NCBI GenBank assembly: GCA_049969615.1
Contig: JBMFOM010000028.1
Location: forward strand, 1 to 19,284
Reading direction: 5' to 3'
DNA: 19,284 bases
From: a candidate division WOR-3 bacterium
GTDB taxonomy: Bacteria; Hydrothermota; Hydrothermia; JBDRYB01
Shown here: one piece after another, positions 17,461 through 19,284 of the stretch
How positions within the stretch are numbered: position 1 is the first letter of the stretch
Layout of the letters: each line of letters starts with the position of its first letter
The notes under the pieces: model-generated
Seen by the model: the letters and a program-made list of their open reading frames with translations, nothing else
The model's database searches: none
What the model was told of the DNA's origin: nothing
Made by a program: the position numbers and the translations under genes

Positions 17461-18114
17461 ATGGTGGATGATAAGAAATCAACGCGTGGGGCAAGCAAAA
17501 GACGTTCAAGAGAAACGGCTGCCTCAACCTCCGAAAGAGAATCAACGGAGCGTCCGGTCGCCCGGAGGATAAGGTATTACGGGGATCCGGTTCTCAAAAC
17601 CCCGGCCAGGGAGATCGAGGTCATAACCCCGGCTGTTCTGTCATTCGTTGGTGACATGATCGCAACCCTCATGAATGCTGATGGGCTTGGCCTAGCGGCC
17701 CAGCAGGTCGGTGAACCCTTGGCGGTCGCTGTTCTGAACCTGAAAGGATTTGACGATGTGGAAGATGATCTTCTTTCCACGGGCGAAATGCTCGTTCTCC
17801 TGAATCCGGACATAGCCGAGCAGGAAGGCCACCAAACCGACGAGGAAGGATGCCTTTCGTTTCCTGGTCTATATGTTCAGCTCACCAGGCCAGAAAGGGT
17901 TGTAGTTGTTGCCCAGAGGCTCATTGACGAGAACGCTGTTCCGGTAGAGATAGAGGCCAGGGGGCTTTTCGCGAGAGCCATTTGCCACGAAATAGACCAC
18001 CTCCAGGGGAGGCTGATAATAGACAGACTCTCACCATTCGCGCGAGTAAGGGCCCTGGCCCAGTGGAGGCTCAAGCTCGCCGAGGCTCTCAGGAATAGTG
18101 AGGATAAAGAGTAG
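17461..18114 (+). CDS. def: Peptide deformylase
   Basis: 'YGDPVLK', 'GLGLAAQQVG', 'EGCLS', 'HEIDH'. Start uncertain; ATG 17461 chosen. Confidence 0.93.
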   Translation: MVDDKKSTRGASKRRSRETAASTSERESTERPVARRIRYYGDPVLKTPAREIEVITPAVLSFVGDMIATLMNADGLGLAAQQVGEPLAVAVLNLKGFDDVEDDLLSTGEMLVLLNPDIAEQEGHQTDEEGCLSFPGLYVQLTRPERVVVVAQRLIDENAVPVEIEARGLFARAICHEIDHLQGRLIIDRLSPFARVRALAQWRLKLAEALRNSEDKE

Positions 18115-18268
18115 GGGGCGTTCCCCGCTTATCAGCCAACTCGGATTACTCCTTGAATTTGGTCTCGTTTTAGCTCCATGATTTCTCCGTCACAAGGAAC
18201 CCCAAAAACCGCTTCTGCGGGGTTGAAGCATGAAGAGAAAAGGAGATTTTTTAACAAGGAGTCTGGAT

Positions 18269-19063
18269 ATGAAGAGGCTTATAGGCACACTGGCTATCCT
18301 CGTCGCGGTCGCCGCGATAACCGGCTGCAACAAGGAAAAAACCGACGAGGATCTGATACGGGAAGCGGTCATGAACTCGGATTATTTCGGTTCAAGGACC
18401 GTTGAGGGGCAGTCGTTGTATCCAATGGATACGAGCGACTACTTGACCTGGTGGAGAGATGCCACATCTCACCCTGATCCATATCTTGAGATACGCAGGG
18501 TTGATGACTCGGCTTATGTGGTCTTCTCTGCCAAGTCCATAGGTAATTTCAATATAGCCTTCTGGGACAAGGGAACCTATTCCAAACCATATGGAGACAG
18601 CGCGACCATAGAGGGAGTCGTCCAGAAGAATGACATGGGAGACTGGGAGGTCACCCATGTGACTGGAGTTCACTGGATAAGCTTTGAGAACCCGCCGGAC
18701 TACATCATAGATAGCGTTTGGATGACCATAGGTGGAGTTGATACCGTGATAACCAGCCCAATGAACCTCTTCGCACTGGATAGCGTATTGACATTCACGG
18801 TCGGCTCTGATCTGCCAATTCAGTGTAAGGCTTACACATCAACCATGGACCTAGATGGTGCCCTGCACCTCTTTGGCCAGGGCGAGCACTACAGGCTTGA
18901 TTTCGTGGATTCGGGCGCGTTCTTCTTCGCACAGGACACGGTTGGTCTGACTAAGAAGGGCGTCCACTTTCTGGGGGTTGACCTGTTTGACAAGGCCTGT
19001 CTGATGTATGCCGACACGGCTTACGAGTGCAGGGGTTGGCTGGTCCCGTTTGATGTGAAATAG
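18269..19063 (+). CDS. Lipoprotein of unknown function
   Basis: AAGGAG SD; 'MKRLIGTLAILVAVAAITG-C' is a type II signal with a lipobox; the mature region is beta-rich and acidic. Confidence 0.8.
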   Translation: MKRLIGTLAILVAVAAITGCNKEKTDEDLIREAVMNSDYFGSRTVEGQSLYPMDTSDYLTWWRDATSHPDPYLEIRRVDDSAYVVFSAKSIGNFNIAFWDKGTYSKPYGDSATIEGVVQKNDMGDWEVTHVTGVHWISFENPPDYIIDSVWMTIGGVDTVITSPMNLFALDSVLTFTVGSDLPIQCKAYTSTMDLDGALHLFGQGEHYRLDFVDSGAFFFAQDTVGLTKKGVHFLGVDLFDKACLMYADTAYECRGWLVPFDVK

Positions 19064-19082
19064 CGCGTGCCAAGCGACAACC

Positions 19083-19103
19083 AGGGGCCCACGGGCCCCT
19101 TTT
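19083..19103 (+). terminator. Intrinsic terminator after the lipoprotein gene
   Basis: AGGGGCCC-AC-GGGCCCCT inverted repeat running into TTTT, about 20 nt after the stop. Confidence 0.75.
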
Positions 19104-19284
19104 GATTTGCCCAGCAATTAATGAAACGGCCGAAAACCAGATTGGGGATGTCTCACGGGCCATCCGGGTCCCCGCCAGGATGTCGCTCAGGAACAAGTAA
19201 TTTATATAGATCTAGATCTTCTAGAAACATGTTCCGGGGACGACAGGGTGAGGTTATTTTCCTCCGGTCGCTTTATGACCCGGA

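Noticed and set aside
18114-18140. GGGG...CCCC hairpin with a 'CGCTTATC' word reminiscent of the RNase P RNA 3' end
   Set aside because: No GAGGAAAGUCC 5' motif or room for the RNA, and only a weak 4-5 bp stem.
19104-19284. AGATCTAGATCT palindrome/tandem and minus-strand ORF 18951-19196 at the window end
   Set aside because: A short low-complexity match. The ORF runs across a terminator and the lipoprotein gene, and the context is cut off by the window edge.

Overview
A gene-dense bacterial chromosomal window, probably from an anaerobe of an FCB-associated candidate lineage. That placement is inferred from a T9SS-type C-terminal sorting domain, a group II GGGP synthase and a four-subunit POR; WOR-3-like is only a guess. 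From left to right it holds: the 3' end of a membrane protein; a minus-strand run ridA, dcd, recA, geranylgeranyl reductase, GGGP synthase, HD hydrolase, rho; pstC-pstA behind a Pho-box-like promoter; a broken membrane-protein gene; a gamma-delta-alpha-beta pyruvate/2-oxoacid:ferredoxin oxidoreductase operon; an FmdE-family pseudogene missing from the ORF track; a frameshifted DUF4424-like gene and a CBM-like protein with a T9SS-type tail; a strongly self-complementary intergenic element of about 200 nt; GT2-yajC-def; and a lipoprotein with a terminator. Best leads: (1) overlapping archaeal-type ether-lipid genes (GGR + GGGPS) in a bacterial core cluster, (2) a candidate structured RNA at about 15071-15300, (3) recurring -10 boxes exactly 6 nt before ATG, suggesting leaderless genes, and (4) ultra-short N-terminal export signals. 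No mobile element, CRISPR array, tRNA or rRNA was seen. All calls come from reading motifs by eye; no database search or folding program was run.
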